DNA of 40,881 bases from Phoronis australis (Eukaryota > Animalia > Phoronida). The translations under genes and the position numbers were made by a program. Of the stretch, positions 35,748 to 40,881 are shown piece after piece. Each line of letters begins with the position of its first letter. Position 1 is the first letter of the stretch. The notes beneath the pieces are model-generated. The model made no database searches, was not told the DNA's origin, and saw only the letters and a program-made list of their open reading frames with translations. The stretch is taken from the NCBI GenBank assembly GCA_002633005.1, contig NMRA01000258.1:549709-590589 (forward strand), written 5' to 3'.

Positions 35748-38238
35748 AATTCAATACTTCAAATTCACAAGCCAATCACTTCAGTGGGTGTTATAATTAT
35801 TTTGCGAGGATAGGTGAGTAAAAACACTCTTAAACGCTTTCCTTTCATCCACATTTCGCGAGATCTTGCTTTTCTTGCAAGAAGCATACTCTATAGAATG
35901 CTTTTCTGGTGATTGTTGCAGACATGCACCAGTTCTACTTTGAAGTCATTTCAAATTGATGTTATCTTGGCTTGATTTATTTCATGTTAAAACAACTTCG
36001 ATATGATGTAAATTGACATGGAACTAGATTTTTGGATGTGAGTGTGAGTGTATGTGTAAACATAACTTGACAAGATGATGTCGTCCATTTGTGCAAGTTG
36101 TACCAGTTCATGTTATTTGATGTCTGCTCCTAAACACAAACAGTGACAGTGAAGCAAGAGTATTCGTCACAATTGTACTTGTGTAATTGTGAGCCACCTT
36201 TTGTTGGTATTACATACATTTGAAAAGCATTTCAGCTCATATACTTCTTTCTTGACACTCTTTTGGCCTCGTAATATTCCTCACTATGATAGTATCCTAT
36301 TTCATTACCAACTCAAGCCCTGGCAATGTGTACAAGCCCCATTTTTTGAATTTGAAATTTTAGGGTTTGCCAACCGTAAGAAACTCTTGCATTTTCTTGA
36401 GTCACTGTTGACAACACTTCAGAGTTCATATGAAAAAGAGCACATGTGCACATTTTTGCCTGTTGGGTGACAGAAATGGATTTCTGTTATGGTAAGGGGT
36501 GCTAGGAGATCCAATTCATTTTCCGTTCTTTAGCAGGGTGAAGTGTGGGTTTTGACGAAGTTATCATTTTAGCAGTGTTGATGCTTGCACATGGTCTCAT
36601 GTTTTTCACTTGTCCTATACTTAAGATTTGATGATATTGTTGACCATGGCAGTTACATTGATATTATGTTTACTTTGAAATATTGCACGTTTTGACAGGA
36701 GTGACGTATTTGTGTTACATAATCTATGTCCTAAAACCTCTGTGATTAGTTGACTTCATTTTCGAGCACTGTTGAGCTGTTAATGCTATTTCCAAAACTA
36801 GTTAAAGTGCTGCCATGTAACTTAAGATTTATTGGTAAGTGTAGTATGCCAGAATTGGAAAAATTTTACAAATGTGGACAATAATCTTAGTATTTAGTTG
36901 ATATAAACAACTGAAAACTTACTAGTGCTCAGCGTTTATTGTTTGATGCATGTCATCAATTTGTCTGTATAAGGAAATGGCAATGTTATATGGTTTGTTG
37001 CTATTTATTTATTAAGCTGTAGCACATTTCAAATGTTTGACAACAGTATCAAAATTTCCCTCATCGTAGGTGATTTCAACTAATTCTGGACTTGAAGAAG
37101 CTTTTTTTTTGCTGTTGGAGTTTCTCTGATATAGATTTTGTTATTACATTTTGGATTTCTGATTTTCTTTTATTAAAGTATTACTATTGCGTTATTTGAA
37201 AAGTCGGTGTGATATAGACTCAGTAAGCTTTTTTCTTAAAATATTGTTCCTGTCCAGCTTTCGGTGTACATCTGTCGGTATGCTGTTGCATGCATAGTTT
37301 ATTTTTTCACCACCAGCCGGATTTTACATTCTATGTATTACGTAATAGTTTAAGTCCTCAATCCTAGTCCCTGTTTCTGATAATGTGATACTATGTTGTA
37401 TTTTTTACAGAGGTCAAATTGTGGACAAATGTCTGACTTGGTGAAGTTTGAACGTTCATTGCAAGTATTTCTAAAACATAATCGTTGTGCTAACCCTTAC
37501 CTGTTGTAGCCGATCATAATAGTTCAAGATAGACTTGGTGATGAATGGCTGGTCATTTGTTGTTGGCTGTTACGTTTAATTTTGCCTATTGTTACGGTCT
37601 ATGATAGGGTGTGTATACGGAACTGTCGTTTTCGTTAAGTGACTGTAAAATCAGACAATACCATTGAGTGTTACTGTCTTGTCAACAGTGCCGACTCTAC
37701 TTTGTGACTGATCAGGGAGACATCTATTGGATGACAGCGTCTTTCCAGCAGACTGCGTACATGTATTTGATTTGTGCAGTGCATACATAAACATCTTATA
37801 AGCAATATCATTCTGTTTCTTAATTGTTTGCGTTGGACTACCATTAAGCGGTGGCTGGATAGAAATCGTCCTCGAACGGAGGAATCTAAAGGGAGTGCCT
37901 CATATGCACCGTGGGTGCACTAAAAATTGAGAAGACCAGTAAACTTAAATGTCCGTAACTCGAATCAATATGCAGCGAAGCTAACAAAGTCGGCTAAGTG
38001 GTGGAGAAACGTAGGGATTGCGGGGGAAGATTCTAGTTGGGTTTAAAAGTGGGCTGGGGTTGTGCGTACATAAGGTTCGTGGCCCCAACAGTGGCACGGT
38101 ATAGGGTAAAGTGCAAACGCGCATTTTAAAATGTGTCCGATGTCGAACTTCATTACTTAAAATGATAATCATTAAACAGCCGCTCTTCTTTTCTGAAACG
38201 CAAGTCTTGGGCACAACATTACTGTCGGTATAATTGTA

Positions 38239-38470
38239 AAGTTTTCAGAACTTAAGTTTCCATAAACTTAAGTTCTGAAAACTTAAGTTTTAAAAACTTA
38301 AGTTCGTTCCAAAAACTTGTTCCAAAATACTTAAGTTTGTGGAAACTTAAGTTTTTGAAAAACTTACGTTTTGGAACAAGTTTTTAGTAACAAACATAAG
38401 TCATCAAAACTTAATTTTTTTCAAGGAACTAACTTTTGAAAACTGAAGTTTTCCAAAAGCAATAAGTTTC
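38239..38470. repeat. Array of palindromic AACTTAAGTT units with nested hairpins
   Basis: Perfect 21-bp stem at 38239-38259/38264-38284 with loop ccat. A second pair aaaaacttgttccaaaa / ttttggaacaagttttt follows, then degenerate units. Confidence 0.9.
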
Positions 38471-40881
38471 AATAGGATTATTCAAAAATTTCGATTTTCA
38501 CTAAAACAAGAGTGGAGTAAAGTAACAAATTTAATGATTATCATATAAGATTTAACAAACTAGAGTTCTATTAATATTTCATTGACACTGATTAATTGCA
38601 GAAAATAAAATGCACTTCCTAAAATACACTAAGTGAACATAAGTGAAATATGAAAATTTTAAAAACCAGAAACGTTTCAAAAATCAGTTCATCAAGTGTC
38701 ATGCACACAGTGCAGTGAAAACTAAATGAGGCTAATAATATATTCATATTTACATCCTTCTCAATCTCTGACAATATGCGATAACTGAGAGGTCAAAATG
38801 GAATGTACAAACAGAGAAATCACTACCAAATCATGAAACACAACCAAAGAAAATGTGATTACCCAGCCAGGAAGGGCTACAACAAACGTGTGCGTTTCAT
38901 CAGCACAGACTTTTTAAACTAAAATTAACAATGACATCAAGAATAACAAATCACTTAAAATACAAAATCCAAGAATATCCGTAGAGACAAGAGCATAAAA
39001 TAAAACGTAACAGGTAACTAAAAGTTTATCGGCGGTGGTCACAGATCTGATTTTGGGAAGTACAATGCTTATCCTAGAAATAGTGGCTAGAATCGCCTAT
39101 CATGGTTTTCAACCTTAAAAATATCAATTTAAATGTCAAAGTTTCGTTTTTTTTTGTTGACAATCATAATAACAGTAAATCCAATACACTCCATGGTGCG
39201 AACAAGTTTCACTAAAAGTAACCCTAAGTACAACCTGGTTATACGAGATGGAAATTAGAAAACTTAGACCTTTGACCACAAAGTTATTCTTTTTCCTTTA
39301 ATTTAAAGCTACTGAACTTCATACACATATCTATAGTGCCTTTCATACTAACATCCACGCATCGATGTTTTTGGGAGTTACTGTCAATATGAACGCTTAA
39401 CTTCGGTCCTGAATCGAAGTAAACAGCGTGAGTTACGCCTATCTATCTTTAGAGTTCCTTTGTCGGTCAGTGTCCTTAGAGAGAAGACGACGCCTTGTTT
39501 TGGATAGGTCCAATGTATTCAGTGACGTTTAATGGCCATTTTTACGATATTAAAAACACGGGTCTCAAAACATCAAGTCAGGAAATAAGGCGTCGTTATG
39601 TTATTTACTTTGAAATTGGCCACTTTTACCTGCCCGTCTTCGTTTGTAATTATTTGATAAACAAACTAGCGAGTGCTCTTCATAGCTCAATTAATTAAAA
39701 TGTTTTATGACTTAATTTATTTATTTTGTGCTTTCATTTTATTCGTTTTGAGCATTTATTTATTCACTTGCAGTGTAACCAGTCCGTTTACATGTCACTT
39801 GGTACTTGAGATGTATGTTTATCTCTGTATATACATTATTTCTTTTATATGTATGTGTAAATATGTCCACAATATAATATATTATAGGCATTTACTTGCC
39901 TAAAAATGAATTCAATCAATCAATCAGTCAATCAAACGTTCATAGTTAACATTAATGGTTTTCATACCATTCCATGCACGATGTTGGTAATTTCCGAACA
40001 AGTTAAGCACTCCGTATGATTCATGTACATTACTCGCTCAGCATCAAAAATTCATAAACTATTGCTAAGCTGTGCTCAGTTTAGAAAACAAGGGCAACTG
40101 GTTTCTGCCGAGACGAACATATAAAAGGCCCTACGCACTCCGACGCAGCGTTTCAATACTTGTGATAGCGCTAAAAACGTCCAAAATAAAAAAATTCACT
40201 GTGAGCTATGGTTTTGCACGATTTTCCTTTACACATTAAAAAAACATGTTCAAAATGACCCACCGATTTCAAAGTTACACGCAAGAAAACATGCCCCTTC
40301 TTTAGTACATATTTGTTTTATGACAGGTCTGCTCAGCAGCGGAATACACAACTGACCTCAATATCTGAACTTATTAGAGAACGTGCATAGCCCTTGAGCG
40401 CATATTCTCGCACTTTCTCTTCGTCAAGTGGCGGCGCTTTGGGGTTTAGATTCACAAGACTGGATGCCGAATGGGTGACATTATACCATAAAACGACTGC
40501 AGACAAAAGGGTGAGACACTCATAGTCACTCCCAAGAAAAATCGTAACCAAGAACTTATTGGGTTCAGGCAGTTTGTTCCACTAGTTGAGACAACATGGG
40601 TTTAGTTTCGATATTTCATATTTTAATTTTTGCCCACTACAAATTTGCAAAACAATCAAACTACAAATTCCAGAAAACACATAAACCATTTATTGTTGAG
40701 GCAAGAGACGACAAAACAAAAACAAAGTTATAAAACAAAACAATTCCTCAAAAGAATGTAATGGGTGAATACATTAAAGTCCTACCTGCAAACTATTCAC
40801 TGTTCGCACAATGGCACTGATAAGTGAAACTATATCATAGATAACACACACATTAACCAGTAAGAATGAACACCTACACAC

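Overview
AT-rich eukaryotic genomic DNA, probably from an invertebrate animal (inferred from spliceosomal exons and animal-type transposons; the taxon cannot be fixed from this window). Most ORF-track entries are spurious. The one recognisable host gene is a CHMP4/Snf7 (ESCRT-III) gene, of which only the last two coding exons are visible (33618-33744 and 35394-35434, + strand). The first 23 kb is non-coding and dominated by nested inverted repeats. The largest is a ~16 kb palindrome (arms ~3716-10617 and ~11848-19998, plus an older outer pair 3364-3497/22117-22250) built from hierarchical repeat modules. At its axis sits a 1.27 kb segment bounded by an 18-bp TAG...CTA inverted repeat, filled with a TTTCCCGC (E2F-like) minisatellite and holding two short fragments copied from the right arm. 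Next come a 1.5 kb palindrome with a two-hairpin centre and a 0.7 kb foldback-like repeat. From 23 to 33 kb lies a transposon nest: two L1/Tx1-type LINEs (one intact in frame, one decayed) around a 672-N gap, an insertion with periodic CTCF-like motifs, a CACGG-ended TIR element and a hAT remnant. Coordinates and identities were read by eye and are approximate.
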